Under the pieces are notes generated by a model that made no database searches, had not been told where the DNA came from, and was given only the letters and a program-made list of their open reading frames with translations. The translations under genes and the position numbers were made by a program. Source: Azolla caroliniana (taxonomy: Eukaryota > Plantae > Polypodiophyta). Taken from it: a stretch of DNA of 64,000 nucleotides. Shown piece after piece: positions 14,200-25,526 of this stretch. Each line of letters begins with the position of its first letter. Within the stretch, counting starts at the first letter, position 1. Location of the stretch: positions 31,434,001 through 31,498,000 of the forward strand of contig JBHGNT010000001.1 of the NCBI GenBank assembly GCA_043228905.1, written 5' to 3'.

Positions 14200-17100
14200 C
14201 AATTCAAGGCGAATATGATGATATGTGACCTTTCAGAGTTCTCTCTCTTCATGGTTGAGATTTCATGACTTATCTAACACTGTCAATTGCCATAAAAGAA
14301 GCCCTTTTAACTTTAGAACATATTTTTTCACCCCAACTTGTGAATCAAAAGTGAAGGCATTCCATATATTCCAATTGAACCATAGTCCCCAATACCTCAA
14401 GAACTCAAAAATAATTTGAAAATGAGGCATTGGTTCATTGTTCTCCATATATGCAAAAACCCAACCGAAGGAAGATAGGCTTACTCCAGTTAGAGACATC
14501 CACAGTGAATTGATACACCTCCAAACCATCCTTGCCATCGGACATGAAATAAATTGATGCCTACTATGTTCCAATTCCACGGAACAAAAGAAACATGATC
14601 TTTGAGATGTTTCTTTTTTTTAATGCATCCCCCAATGATAAAGCTCCAACCATAACTCTCCAAATAAATACCTTGGCTCGTAGCATCAATCGAGAACACC
14701 AACCTACCTTGATCACATGAAGCCACCAAGTAATGGGCTTATGAAAACCCCATATCTTTATAACCCTTTCTTACAACCACTTATATTTGTCAATCAACTT
14801 GTGATAAGCAACATTTGTTGAGATCATAGTCAATCACTTATTTCCATCAAACCTCCAATCAAGCGCAGATTGAGATTGCTCATCTAAATAAGGAATTGGC
14901 TCATACGAAGATAATATTTCTTGCAACTTATCCCAAATAAAGGTATAAGCTTTTGGAATACAAAATGTTGATCTTATTGTCCGAAAGTCCATTAATCTTC
15001 TTTGTGACACCAACATAACATCCTTAACTGTTACCAAACCCAATCTAGCCATCCGATTAAATTGAAGGTTAAGAATTTGTTTACCTTTCCACCTCAACAA
15101 CCTTCATGTCGCCAAAACGTCCATTTGTAATGAATTGGCACATCCCTTTTCTTGTGGAGGATGCCATTCCACAAAATCCAACATACTTTGCCAAGATGTT
15201 AACAAATGATTAACTATCATAGACCCTGCACATTTGACATCCCTATCAGAATTAATTACATTCCACCAATTAGCTTCAACCTTCATGTTTCCAAGTTTAA
15301 TTCCGTTCTTCTCTATAAAGTACACCACCATTTCTGTTCAAGGTTGTACACCTTCAAACATAAATCACATGAAAGTAAATAGACGAGCCACCATATGGTC
15401 ATATAGATTCAATATTTATGGCCCACCAAGACGCCACGGAGTACAAACATGATCAAATGCCAACCACGATAAGGCACTTTTCCCTTTTCTTTTCCATAAC
15501 AACATTCACATTGATTGTGACAACATTTCAAGAGCTTTCTTTGACCATGGGAGCAAAGGAAGATAATAAGATACCATAGAGACCATAATCGATTGGACCA
15601 CCTTAAGTCGTATATGAAAAGGCCAAAATTAAGACCTCCAATACATAAACTTATCCTCCAACCTTTTGGATACCCACTCAATATGTTTCACATGAGAAAC
15701 TTCCACCCCAATTGGATATCCAAGGTGACGACAAATCATACCACGATGTACTATCCTTCACGACCACCCCAACCCTAACACATCTTGTTTTGTACATGAA
15801 ATGAGGACAAATTTATGCATATTAATTCTCAATCCTAAATCATTTGAAAACAATTCCCACACATCTCTTGTCTTACTAATATTTTCCCGATTAGGTGCCA
15901 AAAACATAATATGGTCATCTGTGAGAGCTTGAACAATACATGGCTTCCCTGATGGCAACCTTAGTCCAAGCAATTCTTCCTCTAGAGCCATATTGTGTAA
16001 CTTAATAAGAGTAGGTTGTGTCATAATAGTGAAGAGTAAAGGACTTACTGGACATCCTTGTCTAACTGATGTCCGAATAGAAATCGGTTGTGTTACTCCA
16101 TTAAACATCACACGTGAAACTGAACCCTCCCCTAGTGTGTATATCAATTTAGACATACGATCACCAAAACCCATATGAGACATCAATTGATTTATAAATG
16201 ACCAATCCACATTATCATAGGCTTTCTCGATATCCAATTGTAGCAACACTAATTCTTGTTTAGACTCCTTTGCATAGTCAATTGCCATTTGAACATTTAA
16301 AATATTATGCAAAATGTCTCTTTTTTCTAAGAACCCATATTGAGCATTATAAATAATAGAAGATAAAACTTTATGCAACCGATTGGCTATCACTTTTGCA
16401 AAAATCTTGTACATTCACCCCATCAATGAAATAGGCTTCCATGGAGCAAAGCAAGATGGAAAAGACACCTTCGGCAAACCAATCTTCCAAGAATGAGGCA
16501 TTTCCCATGATGTCCACACCCTCTGAAAAAAATCCGTAAAAGGTCCCTTTAACTTGATCACATATTTTTTAAAGAGTTCATGTGTTAATCCATCCCACCC
16601 AAAACTCTTATCGTTAGCAAGATGTGACATGACATGTTCCACCTCATCCTCTGCAATATTAGCATCTAATGATTGTGCCACATCATGCGATACATGATTT
16701 ATCACTCCATTAAAAAATACATCTCTATCCTTTTTTAACATTATCATCGATACACGTTTGTACATCCAAGAATTGTGTATAATATTCTATCCATTTCTTC
16801 ACAATTTCTTAAGGATCAGAACACATGATACCATTTTCCTCTAACCTTACCACATTATGTCGTGCATGTGATTCATGAAGGTCATGAAAAAACTTATGTG
16901 ATTGACAATTAGCATCCTCCACTTGTTGTCTTAGACGATTAGTCTAGCATGTTGATAATTTTTTGTCGTAAAATCACGCATCGTAGAAAAATTAATACCT
17001 CTTGATATCCCATCAACTCTACATCCGTTGGCCAATAAGTTAACAATGAGTTGCATTTATCAAGCAAATTAACTAGGAGACTTAATTTCTTTCTCCTTTT

Positions 17101-18000
17101 AAAAGCATGGTGAATTCAATAATACCTAGTTAACCTCTGAACATTTGCAACAAATACTTCCCACGCTTCATACCCATCAAATTGAACATGATAGGCAAAT
17201 GTATCAATCAATTGACACATATTGGCATGGAAGACCTCAGATCCAAAAATGATGAATTAAAAATCAAAGGTGGTTTTCCTAAAAACTCATGAAAAGCTCT
17301 AATTGAGTGGTGAGTGAATTCAAAAATTAATGGGAAATGATATGATATAATTAACCCATAAGACATTGAAATATCTAAAATCTCTGGTAAAAATCGTTCG
17401 GTATGCATTACATACATTCGATCCAACCTACTCCAAGTATCCTTATATTGAACTAATTGAAAGGTATAACCATGTTCATCTCCTTGATCCATTTCCATAC
17501 ATCCCTTAACATGACATCAGTCTCAAAATCTGCCCATTCTTGAGCCTCTGGTCCATCCATAATAGAGTGGATAGATGTTGATTGATCTGTCTCACAACAA
17601 ACATTAAAATCCCCCATCAATAAACGTAGTCTACCATTGTCGAGCGTTGAGTTTAAAGATCTCCATAACAACTTTCGTTCTTGTGAAACATTTGATGCAT
17701 ACACACCAACTAACCAAAGAACTTGCACTTCATAACATGTCTACCACGATAAATCTTTCAAATTCATATGAAACAATTACTTTTGGGTGAAATTTATCTC
17801 TTATAAACATGACAATCCCAAAATAATCCCCATGAACATTGCTAGCATAACATAATGTATAACCCTTACAATAACTAATTAATCTAGCATTACAATGATC
17901 TTTATGCTCTATTGCACATAAAACATCTCATTGCTCACTTAACACAATCCTCTGAACCTCATGCATTCTAAATCTAGAACACAATCCCCTAACATTCCAT
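14200..18000 (-). pseudogene. LINE ORF2 (APE-RT-zf), disrupted by stops and frameshifts
   Basis: WNVRGL at about 17999, LLMGDFN, WSRLDRMY, GWDGLT, WKPISL, QLDIEKAYDNVDW, SVRQGCPVSPLLF, ALTDD, HQFISCPMARMVW. Confidence 0.9.
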
Positions 18001-18004
18001 TTAG

Positions 18005-19310
18005 TGAACTTCATACTTTATTTTTTCCTTTTATTTGAGAATTTTCCTTCTCTTTCACAACTAATGTTTCTGCCATATCTTGAAATAAATCCCCTAAGAT
18101 TGTATATGAACTACTATGGGAATGCAAAACTCCAGACCCCAATGGCTCCTCATGTGAATGAGGCACCGATTTTCGTTTATTCAAAGGAACATTCAAATTA
18201 TCTTTATTATCAATAAAAAATTCTTTGGATAGTCCTCTTGATGAGCCCATGGTTTATTCTAGATGGGATTTGTTTGTTGAATCGGTGTGACCTTCTCCAT
18301 AGATACATTATGCCCAACATTCTTATTAAACTTCTTCATCTTTCCAAAAACTATTGACCATTGCCCTTCATCCTCTAGAGTTTTTCCATCCTTTTCATTC
18401 ACAATTTGTGGCTCCTTTGTTTCCTCTTGAAGATGTCAAAGTTTGAATTTGATCATGAGTTGTAGGCTCTTCATGTACCACTTCCACTACATTATTTCTT
18501 TTTTGAGTACACTCAACCATAAAATGCCCCTACACACCACAATAGAAACAATGTCCTACAAATGTACCCCATTTAAGCCGCAAATACATGAGTGGCATAT
18601 TAGAGCATGCAATCTGTAAACAACTTGACCTCTTTATAACAATATGCCAAAGAATACACATTCAATATCGATTTTGAGCATTAGCACAATGAGGCACCAA
18701 GATATTTCCCAACTTTTCCATTGTTGATTGTAATATTGGCATGCACTCTACCTCAACCCATATAGGACACTCTTGCTTTAATATATCTTGGTATTCCACT
18801 AGTGGCCTCCATGGAACAATATGAACCAAACTTTTCTCATAAAAAACTAGCAATTTATTGAGTAATTTCTCTTTATACTCTTGTGATGCCAAAACAACAT
18901 CATAAAACTCACGAGGACCGGCATAAACATCCTAAACACAATCAACTTGTAAAATCCCATGTAACCATTGTTTGACCCTCCAAAGGAAAGGTATCTTCCT
19001 TGTGAAAAACAATATGACCCCTCTATCAAAAAATTTAGCAAATGAGCCCAAAAACTCCTTATTGTCTATTTCTACCTTAGCCACTTCATCATCAACAAAC
19101 TCCTCAACAACTTTTACATTCTCCCTTATACAATATTCCATTAGTATATTTGTCATGCATCTTAAATGTTCCCAATGACTATCATCTTTCTCAATATCAT
19201 CTTGTCGCATTGCATCAGCATAAGACATGTCATTACTATTATCTCCAATACATCATTGTCTTTTACCATCCCCTCTTGGACTCGATACTGACTCAACCAT
19301 GCATGCATCT
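18005..19310 (-). pseudogene. LINE ORF1 (DUF4283-like plus CCHC zinc knuckle), disrupted
   Basis: MSYADAM...VHIVPWRP...CPIWVEV... and manual translation CFYCGV*GHFMVEC at about 18510-18555. Confidence 0.75.
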
Positions 19311-19610
19311 TTTGAAGAATTTGGAGACTCGTCCATATTCATGAAAACACTAACATCCATCTGACAAAAATATATGAGAGAGCTCACTTACAAGTAATTT
19401 TGTTGGTGAAGGAAACAAAGCAAGCGACCATGAGATGCATACAACTGAATAGAATTTGTATTCGTAATGTTCTACAGAAACAACCAAATGATACGTGCAG
19501 ATACTCTCTAGAAAGCTCTCCTTGCAAGCTTCGAAACAAACCAAAGAACAAAGGAAACAAACATCGTAGTAGGAAGATACAACAAAAATAGAGTTTGCCC
19601 TTCTCCAACA

Positions 19611-19614
<4 letters not shown>

Positions 19615-19645
<31 letters not shown>

Positions 19646-19657
19646 CTCTCCCTCCCT

Positions 19658-19694
<37 letters not shown>

Positions 19695-19715
19695 CCTCTC
19701 TCTCTCTCTCTCTCT
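19615..19715. repeat. Interrupted (TC)n microsatellite abutting LINE 5' end
   Basis: Seen directly. Confidence 0.9.
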
Positions 19716-19899
19716 ATGTGAAAACACACAATTATATTAATAAATGTGTGTGAAAACCACTACAACAGTACCATAATGGAGCATAGTCACAAACTCACCA
19801 CTATACAGGTGGTGGAACATGTTGAATTGCCAATAGGCAAGACGAACACTCCAACGAGGAAAGAATCTCTACATGTTCCAATAAAGAAAATTTTAACAT

Positions 19900-20735
19900 T
19901 ACTACTCCCTTCAACTTTCAGAGATATGCTTTGACTCCCTGCCTATGATCAAATACATAGTATTGCACACCAATTATGACACAATGTCTAATATCTTAGA
20001 AATAGGAAAATGATCTTCTTTTGTGATTTTGGGCCGACCAATATGAATTGTGCAAACACCCACGGTCTTGGGGTCAATAACACGGTGACAAAACTTGCCA
20101 AATTTGAGAAATGTAACTCCAAATTTAACAACCAATCAAATATTGTATGAAACGATTATTATGTTACACTTGAATAATGCAAAAGAAGCAATTATCCATC
20201 ATTCATCCAGATCACTTTAGAGCTTATCCAAAAGATAAACCTTTGCTACAAATGGCAATTTAGAAAGCCAACTATGTTTTAAATCTATTACCATCTAGAA
20301 TCAAAGTTATGTACTTTCCGTTCTTGTTCAACCTTGGATGATAGCCATCAAAGAGACTCAACGCTGCAATGGTACAAGAGAGTATTGATCACTTGAAAAC
20401 AACACTTGACCCAATAAAAGCCAATCAACCCATGATTGTCCTTTTCTACTAGATTATGGTTTTCATTTTGATAATGAGAGTGCTTCATGCCATGAGACAA
20501 CCAAGTGTTGAACATATGAAGAGTGAAGTCTTAAGTGGAAGGTATGCATTCAGAAATTGTCACCATAATGTCTTAATTGTTTTCCTCCCATGTTTCATAC
20601 CCTCCTCAATAAAATATTAGACAATAGATATCCATAGTTGTGAGTCAAAACACATTCCTACGAGTCATCATATGCATAGATAAGTGCAATATTATAGCTC
20701 CTCCCAAGAGCTTGGGGTTCGCTAGATGATTCCAT
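19900..20735 (+). pseudogene. Eroded MULE-like transposase relic (target of the copia insertion)
   Basis: Broken translations IFFCDFGP, IVLFY*, HHNVLI and MFHTLL resemble At4g13970-type MULE/SWIM proteins. Confidence 0.25.
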
Positions 20736-20740
20736 GTATC

Positions 20741-21411
20741 TGTTGAAAAACAGTGCTCGGCCACAACCGAGGAATAGGATCAACTTTCAGAAAACAGGAA
20801 ATACAAAATGCACAAAGTACAATAGAGAGAAGAGTACACGGGATGTTTTACGTGGAAAAACCCTAACTGGGGAAAAACCACGGGAGTCCTCAAACTCCAA
20901 CTATCACTATAGACAGAGATGTACAATGGTGAAGCTACAAGGCAACAACCTTGAGCTCACTGTCTTCGCCACAGGCGGCGGCAGTACACAGAGGCAACGA
21001 CCTCTTCGTCTCTCTCTCTCTCTCTCTCTCTCGGCTGCTCACTTTTCTCTCTCTCAGCTGAAAACATAAAAAAAATGAGCAACAACATAAACTGTTTGCC
21101 CTAAGTCATATTTATACACATATGACTTTCGGGCTATTTACAAATATAGCCTCAAGGGCTCTTGGCAAACATATTCACAAATATGTCCCTGCATCCGGAT
21201 CTCTCTCCGGGTACATTCGTCATCCGGCTCCGTAACCGGGGTCTTCAGCATCCGGCTCCGTAACCGGGGTCTTCATCATCCGGCTCCGTAGCCGGGGTCT
21301 TCATCATCCGGCTCCGTAACCGGGGTCTTCATCATCCGGCTCCGTAACCGCAACCGGGCTTGCCGTCATTTATCTCCGGACATCCCATCCGGAGGGACCG
21401 AAATCCCAACA
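20741..21411 (-). repeat. 3' LTR (671 bp)
   Basis: tgttgaaaaa...aatcccaaca; near-identical to 25527-26171. Confidence 0.97.
21221..21350. repeat. 28-bp U3 tandem repeat, 4 full copies plus a partial (3' LTR)
   Basis: Unit catccggctccgtaaccggggtcttca(t/g); the third copy has an a>g change. Confidence 0.95.
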
Positions 21412-21424
21412 AACTCCCCCTTCA
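21412..21424 (-). other. Polypurine tract
   Basis: Minus strand TGAAGGGGGAGTT directly before the 3' LTR, overlapping the pol stop codon. Confidence 0.9.
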
Positions 21425-24400
21425 CTTCGGCATGGGATGTCTCTCCAATCCAATCCTCTTCCGGCATGCTTCCAGCTTGTCGGGTGTGAGCACTTTGGTC
21501 AGCATATCTGAGCCGTTCTCGTCCGTGTGGATCTTCGTCAGCACGAACTCCTGGTCTTCTATCCTTTCCCGGATCCAGTGATATCTTCGCTGGATGTGCT
21601 TCGTCCGGGAGTGATAGGCCGCGTTCTTCGCAAGGTGGATGGCACTCTGACTGTCACAGTAGAGTCGGTACTCCTGCTGCCGGATACCGAGCTCTCTAAT
21701 GAAGTCCTTCATCCATATCATTTCCTTGCCGGCTTCAACAGCCGCCATGTACTCCGCCTCCGTGGTTGACAACGCAACCGTCTTCTGCAGCCTCGACTGC
21801 CACGAAACAGCTCCCCCTGCATACGTCATCACATACCCTGATGTGGACCGGCTGGTATCTGCATCAGCCGACATATCCGAATCGGTAAAGCCGTCGAGTT
21901 CGGGCTTACCGGAGCCGAATCGGAGGCACACGTTTGCCGTGCCCTTCAGGTATCGGAGTATCCACTTGACCGCGTTCCAGTGCTCCTTGCCGGGATTGCT
22001 CATGTACCGGCTCACTACTCCGACTGCGTATCCTATGTCCGGTCTTGTACACACCATTGCGTACATCAAGCTTCCGACGGCAGAGGCATATGGTACTTTC
22101 ATCATGTCCTCTTTCTCAACCTTTGTCTTGGGGCTTTGCTTGCTGGACAGCTTGCAGTTTGCCGGGAGGGTTGATCCGACCGGTCTTGCTTCCGACATGT
22201 TGAACCGTTGAAGCACCTTTGTCACGTACTTCTCCTGTGACAGCCACAACTGCTTCTTCTTCCGGTCCCGGATGATGTGCATCCCTAATATTTGCCTCGC
22301 CGGACCCAGGTCCTTCATTGAGAAGGTTCGGTGAAGTGCTTTCTTCAGCATCCGTATCTTGCCCTGGTCCCGTCCGACGATCAACATGTCGTCCACGTAC
22401 AGGAGGAGTATTAGAGAGTCTCCTCCTTCGAACTTCTTCACAAACACGCAGTGATCGGACTGCGTTTTGTGGTACCCTTCGTCGGTCATGAAGGAGTCGA
22501 ACTTCCTGTACCATTGCCGGGGAGCCTGCTTCAGTCCGTAAAGGCTCTTCTTCAACCGGCATACTAGGTGCTCCTTCCCTTTCTTCTCGAATCCTTCCGG
22601 TTGATGCATGTAGATCTCTTCTTCGAGGTCACCGTGAAGGAATGCCGTCTTCACGTCCATCTGTTCTACCTCCAGGTCCATGCTTGCCACTATGCTCAGC
22701 ACCGTCCGGATGGAGGTCATCTTCACTACCGGGGCAAATATCTCGTCGAAGTCGACGCCCTTCTTCTGCTGGAACCCCTTCACTACGATCCTGGCTTTGT
22801 ATCTCGGGGGGTTTCCGGCATCTCCCGGTTTCAGCTTGAACACCCACTTGTTTCGAAGTGCCCGCTTACCTTTCGGCAACTCCACAAGTTCATATGTGTG
22901 GTTCTCATGCAGGGAATCCATCTCCTCCTGCATGGCACTTAACCACCTGCGGCTATGGTTGTCAAGCTTTGCTTCTTCAAAACTTTCCGGCTCCCCCTCG
23001 TCGGTTAGCAGCACGTGCTCTGGTTCCGGAAATCTCCGGGGGGCCCTTCTCTCTCTTAGAGGATATCTCCGTTCCGGAGCTTCGGTAACCGGCTCCTCCG
23101 TTTCCTCTTCATCCGAATCCATTCCGGGATCGGGGCCGGTTCCGGTATCAGTTTCATCTTCCTCGGCCGGTTCTGTTTCTTCACCGTCTTCGGCCGGATC
23201 CTCGAGTGCTAACCGGTCCCTTGCCGGTCGGGACTGCTCTTCGTAGAGTTGATCCTCACCGGTTGACTTGGAGCTCTTCATCTTCTTCTCCGACTCCCAG
23301 TCGGCGAGTGTCTTGTCCTCCATGAAGATGATATCTCGACTCCTGAATATCTTCTTGTCGACCGGGTCCCATACTCGGTAGCCGAACTCGTCGTCGCCGT
23401 AACCGAGGAATATGCATGGCCGGGTCTTTGGATCTAACTTTCCTCTCCGGTCCTTTGCCACATGCACGTATGCGAGACACCCGAACACCTTCAGATGCCG
23501 GTAGGACACTTCCTTACCGGTCCACACTCTCTGGGGCGTGTCTCCGTCCAAAGGTACTGAGGGTGATCTGTTTATCACGTATGTCGCCGTCGACATTGCC
23601 TCAGCCCAAAACCCCTTGGGTAATTTCGCATGCGCCAGCATACTCCGGACCCTCTCCATTATGGTCCGGTTCATCCTCTCGGCCAGCCCGTTCAGTTCCG
23701 GCGTCTTCGGCACAGTAAACTCGAGCCGGATTCCCTTCGAGCGACAGTACTCCTGGAATTGCCCCCGGTATTCCCCTCCGTTATCCGCTCGTATCGCTTT
23801 CAGCTTCTTGCCGGATTCCCTTTCCACTCTCGCGTGGAGTTCTTTGAAGACGGACAATACTTGGTCCTTTGTCTTCAACGGTGCCGTCCACAGCTTCCGG
23901 CTGTGGTCATCAATGAATGTCACGAAGTACTGGGCTCCGCCATGTGACTTCGTTTCTACTTGACACACGTCAGTGTGCACCAGCTCCAATGGTGCGCTAC
24001 GTCTCGTCGGTGGCCTTGAGTGGAAGGAGGTCCGGTTTTGCTTACCGGCCAGGCAGTCGGTGCACTTCTCCAGGTGCACATGCTTCACTGGAATAAGGTT
24101 GTCTTCTGCAAGCCTCTTCATCCCCTTCTCACTTATGTGGCACAGTCTCTTGTGCCACAGCTCACCGGCAGTGTCGGCTGCCACGTTCAGCTCCTCCGGA
24201 CATAGCCGGGAATTCATCAGGTACAGTGTGTTGACCTTCCGGGCCCGAGCCACTATCAGGCTCCCCTTGCTGAACTTCATGACACCGTTCCGGATGCTAC
24301 CCGTGTAGCCTTCATCATCTAGCCTCCCGGCCGAGATCAGGTTCAATCGGACCTCCGGAACGTGTCGAACATCCTTCAGCAGCATCTTGCATCCGGTTGA

Positions 24401-25495
24401 TGTCATCAGCCACACGTCTCCTATGCCGGCAATCCGGCATGTGCCTTCATTTCCCATCCGGACACAGCCGTGCTCACCGGCTGTGTAGGATGAGAAGTAT
24501 TTCTTCTCCGGGGTCAGGTGGAACGACGCTCCGGAATCGACCACCCAGGTCATCTCCACACCGGCAAGGTTCAGCTCCCTCTCTTCGGTAATGAGCATTA
24601 TCTCTTCTTCACTTGCCGCGAGTGCCGTCGTTCCTTTCCGGTCCTGCCCTCGCCGATCCGGACCTCTTCGGTCCGTGGCTCCCCGGTATGCACCGTTTCT
24701 CTCCGGTGACTTCTTCGAATCGGTGTCGTCGGCTCCGTTGTCTTTTCGGTAATGCCGACAATTCTTCCGGAAGTGCCCCGGCTTCCCACAGTGGAAGCAT
24801 GTGGGCCTTCCTCTTGACTGCGACCGGGTCCTCGACTTCTCCCGTCTTTGCGGACTCCGGTTCCATTGTCTTCCCCGATCCGATTCGGTAAGCAGCAACT
24901 TCGGATCGGAAACAGGTTCTTTATCTCTCCGACGCGCTTCTTCGTTCAAAATGCTTGTCTTTACCGTTTGTAGAGACAGGTTATCTTCGGTGCAGGAGGT
25001 GCTGAGAGTCACCACCAAGTTCTCCCAGCTTTCCGGCAATGTACACATCAGAATGATGGCTTGCATTGCATCCTCCAACGGGAACTTGATCGCCGCAAGC
25101 TGGTTCACGAATCCCATGAACGTGCTCACGTGTTCCACCATATTCTCGCCGTCCCGGTACTTGAGGTTCACTATCTTCCTCATCAGGGAGGTCCGGTTCA
25201 ACGCATTCTTCCTCTCGTAGAGGCCCGACAGCTTCTTCCACATCTCATATGCGTTGGTGTCGTTCGCCACATGTTGTAGGACGCTTACATCGACATATTG
25301 CCGGATCGTCGCCACGGCTTTCCGGTTCAGGAGCTTCCACTCCGACTCTATTACCCCCTTGGGTATCTCGGCATTGTCGATCGGTTCATACAGGTGTCGG
25401 ACGATGAGAAGGTCTTCCATCTTTATCTTCCAGTCGGCGTAGTTCTGTGAGTTCAACACCATCATGCCCGGAGGCCCACTACCGCCGCCTTCCAT
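21422..25495 (-). CDS. Copia gag-pol polyprotein, 1357 aa from first ATG after the PBS
   Basis: Zn knuckle CFHCGKPGHFRKNC, protease WVVDSGAS, integrase HHCC/DDE (LWHKRLCH, VHTDV, RADNGGE, NGLAERMN), RT (MDVKTAFLHG, YVDDML), RNase H (DSD, EAEY, DSQSA, KHI). The track start at 25552 lies inside the LTR. Confidence 0.96.
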   Translation of the reverse strand: MEGGGSGPPGMMVLNSQNYADWKIKMEDLLIVRHLYEPIDNAEIPKGVIESEWKLLNRKAVATIRQYVDVSVLQHVANDTNAYEMWKKLSGLYERKNALNRTSLMRKIVNLKYRDGENMVEHVSTFMGFVNQLAAIKFPLEDAMQAIILMCTLPESWENLVVTLSTSCTEDNLSLQTVKTSILNEEARRRDKEPVSDPKLLLTESDRGRQWNRSPQRREKSRTRSQSRGRPTCFHCGKPGHFRKNCRHYRKDNGADDTDSKKSPERNGAYRGATDRRGPDRRGQDRKGTTALAASEEEIMLITEERELNLAGVEMTWVVDSGASFHLTPEKKYFSSYTAGEHGCVRMGNEGTCRIAGIGDVWLMTSTGCKMLLKDVRHVPEVRLNLISAGRLDDEGYTGSIRNGVMKFSKGSLIVARARKVNTLYLMNSRLCPEELNVAADTAGELWHKRLCHISEKGMKRLAEDNLIPVKHVHLEKCTDCLAGKQNRTSFHSRPPTRRSAPLELVHTDVCQVETKSHGGAQYFVTFIDDHSRKLWTAPLKTKDQVLSVFKELHARVERESGKKLKAIRADNGGEYRGQFQEYCRSKGIRLEFTVPKTPELNGLAERMNRTIMERVRSMLAHAKLPKGFWAEAMSTATYVINRSPSVPLDGDTPQRVWTGKEVSYRHLKVFGCLAYVHVAKDRRGKLDPKTRPCIFLGYGDDEFGYRVWDPVDKKIFRSRDIIFMEDKTLADWESEKKMKSSKSTGEDQLYEEQSRPARDRLALEDPAEDGEETEPAEEDETDTGTGPDPGMDSDEEETEEPVTEAPERRYPLRERRAPRRFPEPEHVLLTDEGEPESFEEAKLDNHSRRWLSAMQEEMDSLHENHTYELVELPKGKRALRNKWVFKLKPGDAGNPPRYKARIVVKGFQQKKGVDFDEIFAPVVKMTSIRTVLSIVASMDLEVEQMDVKTAFLHGDLEEEIYMHQPEGFEKKGKEHLVCRLKKSLYGLKQAPRQWYRKFDSFMTDEGYHKTQSDHCVFVKKFEGGDSLILLLYVDDMLIVGRDQGKIRMLKKALHRTFSMKDLGPARQILGMHIIRDRKKKQLWLSQEKYVTKVLQRFNMSEARPVGSTLPANCKLSSKQSPKTKVEKEDMMKVPYASAVGSLMYAMVCTRPDIGYAVGVVSRYMSNPGKEHWNAVKWILRYLKGTANVCLRFGSGKPELDGFTDSDMSADADTSRSTSGYVMTYAGGAVSWQSRLQKTVALSTTEAEYMAAVEAGKEMIWMKDFIRELGIRQQEYRLYCDSQSAIHLAKNAAYHSRTKHIQRRYHWIRERIEDQEFVLTKIHTDENGSDMLTKVLTPDKLEACRKRIGLERHPMPK

Positions 25496-25511
25496 TTTCT
25501 GTGTTACCGTC

Positions 25512-25523
25512 GCTCTGATACCA
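25512..25523 (-). other. Primer-binding site, initiator tRNA-Met
   Basis: Minus strand TGGTATCAGAGC, 3 nt from the 5' LTR. Confidence 0.95.
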
Positions 25524-25526
25524 AAT

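Larger units (their letters stand above)
14072..19614 (-). mobile_element. Full-length, decayed L1/Tx1-type LINE (about 5.5 kb)
   Basis: Collinear 5'UTR, ORF1, ORF2 (APE endonuclease, RT, zf-RVT) and AATAAA. Bounded by (TC)n tracts on both sides. Confidence 0.9.

Noticed and set aside
19350-19729. RE-repeat ORFs (also near 29.8-30.6 kb, 52.4-53.6 kb and 63.5-63.9 kb)
   Set aside because: Translations of (GA)n/(TC)n and related microsatellites; no coding signal.
20734-21069. 111-aa and 107-aa (25526-25849) plus-strand ORFs
   Set aside because: Antisense read-through of the two LTRs; duplicated only because the LTRs are.
21221-21350. 28-bp repeats as a CRISPR-like array
   Set aside because: Head-to-tail with no spacers, inside LTRs of a eukaryotic retroelement.
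23070-23180. Resemblance of the U3 repeat (reads PVTEPDDED) to the acidic IN-RT linker (EPVTEAPE)
   Set aside because: The match is about 10 nt in CCGG-rich sequence; chance is sufficient.
21527-25442. Numerous overlapping and antisense ORFs within the copia element
   Set aside because: Expected from high GC and codon bias of the real polyprotein frame.
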